Source of the DNA: Macrostomum lignano
Lineage: Eukaryota
Length of the DNA stretch: 64,000 bases
NCBI GenBank assembly: GCA_002269645.1
Contig: NIVC01003470.1
Coordinates: forward strand, 1 to 64,000
Direction: 5' to 3'
The notes beneath the pieces are model-generated. The model searched no databases, was not told where the DNA came from, and worked only from the letters and a program-made list of their open reading frames with translations. A program made the position numbers and the translations under genes. Of the stretch, positions 51,977 through 63,673 are shown in pieces; within the stretch, counting starts at the first letter, position 1, and each line of letters starts with the position of its first letter.

Positions 51977-52135
51977 TGAGACTGAGAGAGGAAATGAAAG
52001 AGAATAGAGAGAGAGAAGAGAAAAGAGGAGATAAAAGATAAGACGAGAGAAGCGAGAGGAGAAGGATGACTGGAGAGATATGATATGAGAGAAACACAAC
52101 AGGCAGAGACAAAGAAATCGGAGAAGTAGAGACTA
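51977..52135 (+). repeat. GA-rich polypurine tract
   Basis: Composition. Confidence 0.85.
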
Positions 52136-53594
52136 GAGACTTACATTTTTTGAGTTTCTCAAAGTTCTTTTTCATCGGTACAAAACTAGGTTTGTCAAGT
52201 AGTATGAAGACCCACGTCTATAATGAACCCCGTTCACTGGTGGCAAAAAGACGTGTGCGTCTTCATACTACTTGTCAGCTTGTAGATAATAAGATAGGGG
52301 GCCTAATTGCAAAAAAGAAGGTAAGAAGCAATTGTCAACAATGAAATACCTAGACATACCTCAATTGTTTGATATGTCACTTGCTAATCAGTCTCAATCA
52401 TATACTATAGGCAATTGATATTTTTAGATAATTGTTATAATTATTAAAATAGGTTGGTTTGGTCAGTCTAACCTTTATCTTCTAAGCTAGGCCTATCTTA
52501 GTTGCAGTTAATACTTGCAATTATATTAAATTACATTAATTACAATTAAACCTATATGTAATTTAATTGCTTGCCATCTACTATTAACTAGGCCTATATA
52601 TAGTAAGTAGGCCTATTATATTACTATAGTGTATCTAGGATGTTTCTCTTTAAATAATATATAAAAAAATAGATTTATACAATTAAAAAATATTGCCTTT
52701 ACCTTAAACAAATTATAATTGACTTATCTATGATAATTTTTCATTTATAAATTTTTATTTTTTATTTATAGAAGGTATAGAAACTTATGTCATAAGTGTA
52801 TTGTTTAATTATATATTTACAAGTAGAAAAAGATAAATTTATACTAATGACTTTAGCAATTTTAACCTTTATAAAATAAATTATAAGTTCCTATAAAAGA
52901 TAAAGTGCATGTATCTAATATTTCATATCTTTAAGTCCTATGTTAATAATCATCTTTTTAAAGTTCTTTAAAAATGAATAAATCTAGCCTACAAATTAAG
53001 CTATACTTTAGCAATAGAAGAGAAAGGGTTAGTATAAAGTCAGTAAAGAAGGCTATAGCCTAGGTCTCATATAGTTTATTTTATATTAGAAACATAGGGG
53101 CATAAAGGCTTTTGTTCTAGATGTCACCCAATTTTTCATATGGTATCCTCCAGTTTGGGGGGTTCTTTCTAGGAAAAAGCCAGACATTAAAATTTTATTT
53201 GATTTTCATCTAGACTAGGCAGTTGGCACTAAATCTGCAAGAATTCCTAGATCAAATCTAGAATTAAAGGTTTTGCTACATTTAGAATAATCTAGTTTAT
53301 TTTTGGAATTTCTACTAGGCCCTAGCTAAAAACTAGGTGTTAACCAGTGAATAATCAGACTAATTTCTTGCTAACTTCCAAAAAATGAAAAATGTTTCAT
53401 TTTTCAACTGGAAAGAATATGGTTTTAATTTGTATATTCAACTGTCTAAGACTAGCTAAATAGTGGAGATGGAGAATATTCTGGACAAAACTGCAAGCAA
53501 TGCTTTCTCATAGCACAATTCTCAAGTGGAACACTAGGAAAGAATACTATATTAGAATTTGTGCATTTTTTTCTTGCTACTTTTTATAACTTTT

Positions 53595-54000
53595 ATAAGA
53601 AAGGAAAGTGAGGAGACAAAAGAGGTGAAAGAAAAGAGTACAGAGGACAGAATGAGAGAACATATAAGACAGTAAAGATGACAGATGAAAGAGGGGGATA
53701 AGCTGAGAGCAGAGATGAAAATGAACAGATGAGAGATGGGAAAGTAGAGAGAACAAAGGAGAGATAAGAGAGAAGAGAGAGAAGAGATCAGAGAGCAAAT
53801 AAAGACAAGAGAGAAGAGAGGTGAAGGAAAAGATGAGAGAAGAGTAAGAGGAGAGAAAAGAGAAAAGAAGAGAAAAGAGATGAGATAAAAGAGATGAAAA
53901 GGAAGAGAAATGAGGGAAGATACGAGAGGAGAGAGGAAAAAGAGAAGAGAGGAGAGAGAGCAGAGAGGAGAGACGAGGGATGAGAAAGAAGACAGGAAAC
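53595..54000 (+). repeat. GA-rich polypurine tract, about 400 bp
   Basis: Composition. A MITE interrupts its 3' end. Confidence 0.9.
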
Positions 54001-54004
54001 AGAA

Positions 54005-54302
54005 CATACATGTGCAACCTCCAAAATTCGGTCAGCCGTGCGACTTAGTTTTAACAAAAAAGCGACGTAGTTTTTGGCCAAAAATGCGACTTACATATAA
54101 CAAAACCCGAAAGCAAAATTAACGCAACTTTGGGTAAACGGCAGGAGTAACTATGACTGTTTTATTAAGCTAAAATGCCTCGTCAGCTACTTAGTACTAC
54201 TACTTGGGTTATTTTTTGGGTGGGCATTTTTGCGACTTCCTTGGTTGGCCGCCAAATCGGTCGGCCAGATTGGCCAACTCGGCCGACTGTTGCGCATGTA
54301 TG
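54005..54302. mobile_element. MITE with 14-bp TIR CATACATG(C/T)GCAAC and 8-bp TSD
   Basis: TSD AAACAGAA at 53997-54004 and 54303-54310. The TIRs differ only by one C>T at a CpG. Confidence 0.88.
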
Positions 54303-55635
54303 AAACAGAAGAGAAGATAGAAGTTTCAAAGGATCCAAGGGATGTAGGGAGAGTCAGAGGCAGAGGCCAGAGTTTGCCAATACATGTTTTAGAGTCAGAC
54401 AGACATTAATTGCCTATTTAAAGTAAAAAACACCCTAGCCAACAATATCAATGTTTGCCTCAAATCCTTATTTTATGCGAATGTACTCCATTTTGTTTAC
54501 CTCTATCCTACTAACTATTAACCAGTTTTTGTTTGAGCATGGGCTCAGATTTCAGAATGACAGAATACATGCAAAAATTTGGAATTCCCCAGGTTCAAAT
54601 TCCACGGGTTTCAACAGCTTGTATGTTATATATAATAGTAGATCATCTATTAAAAATGACAACAGAGGTCCCTAACATAAAATATTTTATCCCCAATTTA
54701 CTAGATTGACTATTTGATACATATAGACTTTAGGGCCAATCAATTTTCATTGCTTGTCTGCTAGTAAAAGACTATTCGCACATGTAGTCAATGCATTATA
54801 GTGGGTGTTATAAATATATCATTTTTGCATTACATTTCAATTGGAATGAATGGAAAGCATTTTTGCACTGCATTGGATATATTTTATATACTATATTATA
54901 TACATTTAAATATACCTTAAAGAACATCTATTTTTATTTTTCATTCTAATAATGAACATCTTGGAAATGATTACCACCTTTAGAATTATATTCATCTTCA
55001 CTTATCTTGCTTATTTTCCCATCTTTAAAAACAGACTTATTCTGTTGTTTATAAACAACAGACAGTCTGTGCATGCACCTAACAACAAGTTCCAAAGTAA
55101 AATAGCCTTTGTGCTTCTTCTGGTATTCCATGGGTTGCAAACCAGAGATATTTCCAAATATATGTTGGATTTGGTTCCAGATGAAACCAGAGATATGAAA
55201 TGTGTTTGTCCAGTTTATAGACAAAATTTTCAAATTTTCTCCAGCTTTTAAATGTCAGAAATATTTTAGACCCCAGGTGAAAACCAGAATTTCAGCCAGA
55301 TAAATTGCCAGACCATAGGGGCCAAAATTCAGGTTAGGCAGGTTAAGAAATGCATTTAGGGGGATAGGTTAGCTACACAAAGAAACAGAAGGGTAGAGTG
55401 AGAATAAGAGGCTAAAGAGAGACAAAGTAAGGACCAATCAAAGTGAAGAAAAGGGTGAAAAAGAAAAGGCTAGATTGAATTGCATAAGAGAGTAAACAAT
55501 GAAGTGTACAAAATGATCTGAAAGAAAGCAGATATTTTCATAGTTTTGCCTGAATAAAAATAAATACTTCTAGAATTGAAACAAAGCAAACTGCTGGCAA
55601 ATTTAATTAAAAAAATAAGCTTGCAACTACCATAA

Positions 55636-55804
55636 CATGCTTGGGTGCAACCTAGGAATTCACCGGCCATTTCTATTGGCAATAGACACATGTAAGTCAT
55701 TATTGGATGGAATAGTAGTCACGTGACTTCTTGTAGCCAATAGTGACTTACATGTGTGTTGCCAATAGAAATGGCCAAGTGATTCCCAAGGTTGCGCATG
55801 TATG
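55636..55804. mobile_element. Foldback (fully palindromic) MITE of the same TIR family, centred on AGTCACGTGACT
   Basis: The right end is GTTGCGCATGTATG, as at 54289-54302. The TSD is TACCATAA/TACCATCA (7/8). The arms are GGCCATTTCTATTGGCAA...ACACATGTAAGTCA.TATTGG and their reverse complement. Confidence 0.8.
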
Positions 55805-57263
55805 TACCATCACTAAAGCAAAATCAATTGCTTTCCTACTATAAGAAACGTTGATAGGCAAAAGCATTGACATTTTATATTTGTATACAAATTGCAAATT
55901 ATAATATATAGCTTTATTTACAACCCAGTAGGGGGCGACCCAGTCCCAGGGCCCGGGCCCGACCCTAAAAAAGTCGGGAAATTGGGACAAGTCTTTTTTC
56001 CCTAAATCAGGATCAGGACAGCACAAGCACAACACTCAGTTAAGCATCAAATCAGCACTCAAGACTCAAGCACTGCACGACTGCAGTAACAGTAATAGAT
56101 GATATGATGTGAAGTAGCAATATCATTGATTCATAGTAGGCTCTTAGCGTGAGCGTTCGTGAGCATCAGCCACAGCCAGTTTCCACTTTCCAGAAAGATC
56201 GGATTTTTTTCCAGGAAGATAAAATTTAAACATAGTTTTGCAATACTTTTTTGCAATTTTGATTCCACTATACATGCTGTAGGCTGCAGCCTAAAAGCAA
56301 AAATATGATTCTTTAAAAAGTTGATTTGTCATTTTTAAGCTTTTGTAAATAAAATTTCCTATTTAAATTCCAAGAAGTACCTACCAAGGACCAAGACTAC
56401 CATTTTTCCAAGAAGTTTGCTATCTATCAGAGTTTGTAATTGTGTTTGTATTTGTATCATAGTTGTAGTCATAGACTCATAGTATCGTATTTATAATCAT
56501 ATTCATATAGGTAGGTAGGTGAACAGGTAGGCAGGTATCAGCTAATTACTTGTATTTCCAGTCTGTTTGCCTGTTCTGTTGAGTGTTGTATAACTTGTTG
56601 TGTTGTCACTTCACTTGTGTTCTGTTCTGTTGTCTTGTCTTGTTGTCATACTGAATACTGACTGTGTACATGGCTCTTTACATTGAAGCTATGTAAAGGA
56701 ACTAAAAATTCAAATAAAAGAACCAATTGATTTGGTTCTTACTTCCTTACTGCTTCCAATGCCAAGTGCCTTACACTTAATGCTTCAGCTTTTCTTCTTT
56801 TTGCTTACTGCCACTGCCAGTGCCAGTGCCAGCTGCACTGCTGCAGTGCCTGCTTGCCTACCTCACTGCCTGTCACTATCACTGGCACACACACACACAC
56901 ACATAGTAATTGTGCCACACAGTGACATTGAATTTGAACTATTGAGTATATTGATATTTGAGTATTAAGTCTTGTCTATTCATAAGTCTTAATTAATGTA
57001 TTAAATAATAATAATATTTATTATATTTAATATATTATATTATATTTAATATGTTTATATATTATAATATATTTGAATTTATTATATATATATTACATAT
57101 TGCATATGCAAAAAGTTGCTAAGAAGCTTCTTACTTAATACTTATGCAACGAGTAGCTACTTTTGACTATAGTTTGGAATATACTTCCTATCCATTAAGC
57201 AATACTTCCTGTGTATTGATATTTGCTTTTCTTTAGCTTGTCTCTGCACCTTTCTGCTTGTCA

Positions 57264-59962
57264 ATGTATCATCAACAGTCTCAGCAGTTTTTTGCACCTG
57301 GTACGTCCACTGGAGCTGGCATCTCAGCTGTTAGTGGTCCAATGGATGCAGCGGCACAGTTCTTTTCTGGACAGCACTCGCCATCCCAGTCGACAGGCCA
57401 GCTAGGTAATGTGCCTGCAATCGGAGAGTACTTTATGTACAACTGGGTAGTCATGGATGGGACTAATCAGGCAGTAACCGGCGTTCATTTCGACAAGTAC
57501 GAGGACTTGCTGTGGTGTGTTAACTGCGGCGGCCATCTTACAGGTTACTATGGACCGCAGCTCAGCAAGTATGTGTCGCTTCACGTCCAGAAAGATTTGC
57601 GACAGGTGTGTGCTGCTAGTCCTCTTGCTGAGGCTGGCGTCTTCACAATGGCAAAGTGAGAACTCTTTTGAAGTATATGTCATCTGATAAATTGCTGTAT
57701 AATGTAGTTAGTAAGTTTGCACGTCTAGTTTAAAACGTGCTTGATTTAAGGAACTTAAGGAGCATATCAGCTACCAATTCAGTTGGTAACTATGTTAAGT
57801 AATGTCAAAAATATTAAACTTAACTTGAAGTGCCGTTTTTCATATAGCCAGATGTCATTAAGTTGTCACTATGGTCACTAAGCATCTTTAATTATTAATT
57901 TGAATATGTTTTTGCTTATTAACACTAGCGACTACTGATACGTTCGTGCTCAAGCTTAATAAGCTCAGGCAATTTTTTGTTGCATAGTACATTCTTTGCG
58001 TCTCATAAAACCCTAAGAAAAAGGACTTGCAGTTATAAGAATTATATTAAGTCCCTGTTAGGACTAACGGATAACTCACGGTAGACAAGAAGTCATAAGC
58101 TACTATTGCAGTTTTTATACTTCGTATCGGTGTAGTGAGTGGGGAGCAGTGGAAAACACGCTAAGGGTAGAGTATGACGAATGAAATTCCTGACTAGAAA
58201 AATTCAGAGGGCAGAGAGCTTGGGAATTCTATCGAATATTCTATATATATTGACATCCTGCAGATCAGGAGTCGCCTGTTACTCAAAGTTTGGACAGCGT
58301 CGTTGGTCATATTCATGTCCTGGAATGACCGTTGATTTAGCAGCCATGATTCACGACCCAGAGGCCGGGCGGCTGACCTTAGGTGGCCGGCAGGATCGTG
58401 TGTTGCAGTTGGATACTGGCACTGGCCGCTTAGTTAAGTGTGTCGACATGGGACCAGATGGTTGCGAATTTCTAAGGCACAATGGTCGATTTATCTGCGC
58501 TGCGAGTGCCAAGGGCACAGTTACTCTACTGGATAGAGGAACGGGACGAAAAGAGCACAGCCTCAGCACAGTTACCGGGCAGCTTGCTGATGTAGCAGTG
58601 CAGGATAGCCTGCTGGTCACTTGCGGCTGGTCAGTACGGCATGATGGAAATGTTATACCTGATCGCCTTCTGCAGGTAAAGTGCACTGTAGTCCTAAAAT
58701 AAGAGCCGATACAACTGCTCACATATCCTTGTCATTTTTAAGGCTAGTTATTACTTTTTGCTCTAGGCCTTTGATCTGCGAGTTTTGCGCCCAGTTCAGC
58801 CGTTCTGTGTCCAACTGGATCCACACTTTGTCCGCTTCCTACCGGCAATGCATGACCGACTGTTAGTTGGCAATTCGCTTGGCGAATTCCAGTTCCTTCA
58901 ACTGGGTCAGTCTATGCCATCATCGCCTGTCTACCAACTGGGAGTTGGTGCTACTGATATAGATATTAGTGCTAGCTCACGGTGCATCGCTGTCGGCGAC
59001 GGGGCCGGGGGTGTCTACCTGCTGAGCGCCGACACTGCTGACGTCATCGGACCGCGTTTTAATGTCTCTCCGTTGCCGACTGTATTTCCAGACGATCCGG
59101 TTTATTCTCCTAATCCTATTGCACTTGGCAACGAGTCTTTTTTCTTCACAAGGTCAGTATATAGCAATGTTTAAACGGATATTTTTTTCTATTTGCTCAC
59201 AATAAGCCTTCTTGATACTGTATCAAAATTTGTAATGCTAGTACGCTAGTATAACTGATAAATTTACATCTCAGTTACTATGATTCGGCATAACAGATAA
59301 TAGTATTCTTTTGTAATAAAAAACTACGAATAAAATTTGCCTGTCCTTTTTTATCAACAGGGTGCTCGCACTATTGATTAGGCTAGATTTGCAGCAATAA
59401 ATTGTACTTCCTGCTATTACTGCATCCTGAGGCGAGTGCTTGCACTTCTCACCATTGGTATCTGGTATAGTTTTTGCAGCAAGTCAAAGATGCTTGCAGC
59501 AGCCAAAGCACCAATTCGTAAATTAAATCTGTAGAGTTCCTGACGAAAGGATTTCTGTTTACATAATTTTTCCTAATGTTGGCTGTATTTTCTTAATTTC
59601 ACAGCATGCCATTTGGATACCCGAAAGAGTCCGATGCCAGCTCCGCCGGATCTGGGTATCGGTGCGCCCTTACCAGCGATTGGGCGCCTCGCCTCTGCCA
59701 TTCATACGAGAGACGGGTGAAGCTCATTGATGAGGCAATTATTAGTGGCGCTTCTACAACCCGTGGCCTTGCCATAGCCCGCAAGCCCGCTGGCTGGGGC
59801 AGGACCCACTTTCCTTACTACAGTCTGACAGAGCTTTCTGAGTTGGTCGAGCAGTCAGCAGCTAAATGCCAGTCGCTGAACAATGCCTGTGACATCACCT
59901 CAGGTTCTGCAAGTATTGCGGAGAAGGTCTCCACATTGGAAGCTGATGTTGGAAAAAATTGA
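57264..59962 (+). CDS. pan2: PAN2-like protein: WD40 domain and linker only, 4 exons, about 515 aa; UCH and DEDD nuclease domains not found
   Basis: Exons 57264-57655, 58264-58675, 58767-59152 and 59605-59962, all GT-AG with consistent phases (1548 nt). VHFDKYEDLLW...GGHLTGYYGPQL, LVTCGWS, AFDLR..P, DISAS...AVGD and TSDW align colinearly with the N-terminal part of PAN2 as I recall it. Confidence 0.85.
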
Positions 59963-61794
59963 TATTCCGAGTTTGATATTAAACTAAATAGTCAATTAAA
60001 ACTTTAGCTCCTGCTATCTTAGATGATTTTAAACTTCGAAAGTATCCCAGTTTTTTTGAAGACAGGAATGTTTAGTCATATAGTCTGGTTTCCTACCAAT
60101 CTCTAATGCCACTCTTGAATCACGCGAATATCACATCTTGCTTGGTGTCTTATTCTTTTTGTGCAGACCAAAGGCTTGCAACATTCAAGCGAAACACTGC
60201 GCTGTGGCAATAGCAAAAGCCAGTTTTTCAATCTAGTCTTACTGATTTCAAAATAACTTGGCATCTCGAGTCCATCTTGGGATGGCCTCGTCTCATTTAT
60301 TGTACCACAGGAAGGCTAAGAGAAAACGTTATTCGATGTTGCGTTAATGCACGTTATTGCTGTCAATATATACCGTACTACGACCCGGTAGCATATGGGT
60401 GGATATCGTCTATGGCAACTCAGCCCATGAAATCTTGTTAGTGAACCGCTTTGCTGTCTGCCAAGCTTGTTTGACTGCACCCGTACTTGTCATTATTGCT
60501 TCAAAGGTGCTCCAAAAATGAGCAAAATGACAAAATGTTCCTGTCGATCCGTTTTCACCCTTTTTCAAAATTTTGTTTCATTTTCTGTTGTAGTTTAAAT
60601 AAACCTAATGCATTACTCTTCTTCAACAGATGTTACTTTATGCAGCTACTTATTTGCCTTTGTCTGTATTGCATAGAATTGGCTTTGGCGCAAACGTATC
60701 AAAAACTTGCATGCACGTCTATAAAAAGTTAGCAATGTGTGCGGCTTAATTTTCAAAATGAAGGTAGCGAAAAACGGCCGGGCGTTGAAATATTCCGTTT
60801 GTTGGAGCCTGGCCGGTCATTGTAGCCGCTTTGCCTGCAAGCTCATTTCGGCCAATCGCTCACTTCGCCGCCCAATACAAGCGTATAGCTCATAACTCGT
60901 AACTGTCATTCACTTTTCCACTCATTTCAGAGGTTAATTTGGCAGATTTTTTCACAAGCACAGTGCAAGTACTGGCTATTTCTATTACATTAATTGCATT
61001 TCCCATCCCGCGGGGGGGGCGTAGCTTAGTTGTCTAGCGTGGCGCTTTTATGTACCAGCGGCTCAGTCTCGATTTACAGTGGTCACATTAATTTAGGGCT
61101 AAATTGGAATCTTGATTGGCTCTGCTCGTGCAATTAACGCCTTTGAAGGCCAATCCCAAGGTACAGTGACTGCTACAGTACCTCCCCAAAGATAATAAAG
61201 TTGCCCGCTGTGCACTCCTGTGTGTGTGCCTGTATGTATGACTACGTATCCGAGCGCTTGTGTGCCTGCTCGGGCGAGTCGGCAGAAAAAGCAGTAATGC
61301 CTCAATGTGTGACAATGCGCTGAGCCCGAGCTCTTACTCCTGAGTTTTTGCTCACTTTATTCATACGGCCCATGTCTCCTAAGAGCGCCAGAGTGCGCAA
61401 ACCCTTCTACCTCTAATCTTGAGAAATTCCCATCCTGCATGTTTCGCTACAGGTAGAAAAACAGGATTTTGAGCACACTTTTCGATAAACTACTTAACTT
61501 TTGCATCTAGCACATTAGGTTGTATTGTTTATAATGTAATTTGTCTATTATACCTGGTCGAGAATTGTTTAAACTTCGAAACCTTGAAGCTCTATTCAAA
61601 AACCGAAACTCAAGTTTCCACAGTGCTATTCTAGTCTTGAATTTGCATTATTTTTGGGTACGCATCATAGTGGTCTCTTAGTTGGGAATTTGTTTCCTTA
61701 TCCAAGAAAGAAAAGAAAGTATAGTTAAAACATCCTTTACATTACTAAATGCTTGGTAATATTCTGAATTTTCCAGCACTTTCTGGCCTTTAAA

Positions 61795-63673
61795 ATGTCT
61801 GCTGAACAAGAGGCTCGATTGCAACGGATCAAGTCGGCCTTAGTAGACTATCCGGACTTTCCAAAACCTGGCATTGTCTTCAAGTGAGTCTTGATACTAA
61901 ATCCCTTTATTTTTCGATCGTCGATCGCGCTGGTATCATTGCGTCTTCTTGTGACGAGTAATTCTGATATGCTGGTTGTCTTACCACGAGACATCTTCAG
62001 GGTTCGTTTAACTTCCAAGCAGTGGAGCTGAGCATCAACTCAGTTGTGAGAAGTCCTTGAGTGTATCTTCCGTTGTCGTTCTTTGTGAACATTGACTAAT
62101 TTGACTATTGATTTTGATTAAACTGGACTAGGTTGAACTGACCTTAGAGCTTGTGTTTTTGATAATAAATAATTCTATTGTATTTAATATATCTGGTTGT
62201 GTTTGTGATAAATGAGCCGTAAAGATGTCGAAACGCGTGACGTGTGACAACAAAATGCGTTGACTTTTACAATTAGCTAGTCTGTGTTTAAAATTCCTTT
62301 CTTTTTCTTTCTTCTTACAACGAGCAACCCTTGCACAATCTTACCATGACGAACCGCAACTACTGCAAGTGAATAAACCTGATTTCATAATAAGATTTTC
62401 CCGGCATTATTTGCGTTCTCCGGGATTTCATTTGGCAACATTCAATAATATCCCGTAAAATATTGTCTATGTTTTATCAGGCCCTCGTGATTTATACAAA
62501 TAGCTCCCTCAAAAGGCATGTGTAATCTCGTATAAACCATAGACATAAAGACTTTACGGGATATTATTGAATATTACCAAATAAAATCCCGGAGAACGCA
62601 AATATTGTCACGGAAAGTCTTTATTTCTATGGATTATAAGCAAGTAATAGATTGTATCCAGGAATTGCCAATTTTTTATTACCTTCAAACAAATTTGTAG
62701 AGATATTATGGGAATTCTGGCATCGCCGTCTATCTTTGCTGATACAATCGATTCTATGGTCGATATTGCCAAGGTACATGCTTACTTCTATTTTTCCTCG
62801 ATATTTTCCACTATCATTGTAATTCTTACGCTCCTATGACACTGATTAAAGTAGCTCTAAAAATTGCTTGATCTAAGACTGACTAGGCGTACGTATGGGC
62901 GGCATGTAGAAGACTTTCATTAATATAACAGTCACTGTCAGCTTATACGCTCGTGCTGTGGAACGTTTAAAGAATTGCTTGGCTGCCAAGTAATTTTGAT
63001 GCAAATCAGCTTTCGCGCATAAAATGAGCCATCGAATCACGTAAAGGATGTACAAAATTGGCAAAAGGATGTGATTACACAATATTGGCTTCATTTGATT
63101 TCGATCTTCAGACTATGAGGGTTATTCCAGAAGTCCTCAGTATTTGTTTGTAGCATGTGGTGCCACTAATCACAGAGCGATCAAAATCGAGTGCAGGTTT
63201 TCCAAATAATTGAAAGATCTAGAAACTGCTCATTTTTATCTTGTTGATAATTGATTCCCATACTGCTTCCTGAGTTGCAGGGCTTGCCTCAGGTGGATCT
63301 TGTCGTTGGTCTAGAGTCGCGCGGCTTTTTGTTTGGACCCTGCATTGCCCAGCGCCTTGGTGTCGGCTTCGCACCGATCCGTAAGGCTGGAAAACTACCC
63401 GGTCGAGTTGAATCTGAGAGCTATACCAAGGAGTACGGGCAGGATCGCTTCGAAATCCAGGCGAATGCAGTTCCACCCGGTGCCCAAGTCATGCTGGTTG
63501 ACGACCTAGTAGCTCTAGGCGGCACCATGGCTGCTGCTGTTCGCCTTATCCAGCGGGTTGGTGGCAATGTCACTGGCTGCTTGGTCGTGGTTGAACTCTC
63601 TTTTCTTAACGGCCGCGCTCGACTACCCGAGGGAACGCTGCTTAAGTCGTTAGTTTGCATCGACTCAGAATAG
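61795..63673 (+). CDS. aprt: Adenine phosphoribosyltransferase, 3 exons, 184 aa
   Basis: Exons 61795-61883 (MSAEQ...YPDFPKPGIVFK), 62701-62773 (DIMGILA...) and 63281-63673 (GLESRGF, IRKAGKLPG, YTKEYGQD, PRPP motif VMLVDDLVALGGT). GT-AG introns with consistent phases. Confidence 0.96.

Noticed and set aside
55925-55937. CTCF-like motif CCAGTAGGGGGCG (weaker one near 45021)
   Set aside because: Single short matches are expected by chance, and CTCF presence in this organism is unknown.
61012-61075. tRNA-like start GGGGGCGTAGCTTAGTTG upstream of APRT
   Set aside because: No convincing B-box or cloverleaf.
62205-62250. Hammerhead or Penelope-like GAG...CGAAACGCGT in APRT intron 1
   Set aside because: The CUGANGA core and stem II pairing are missing.
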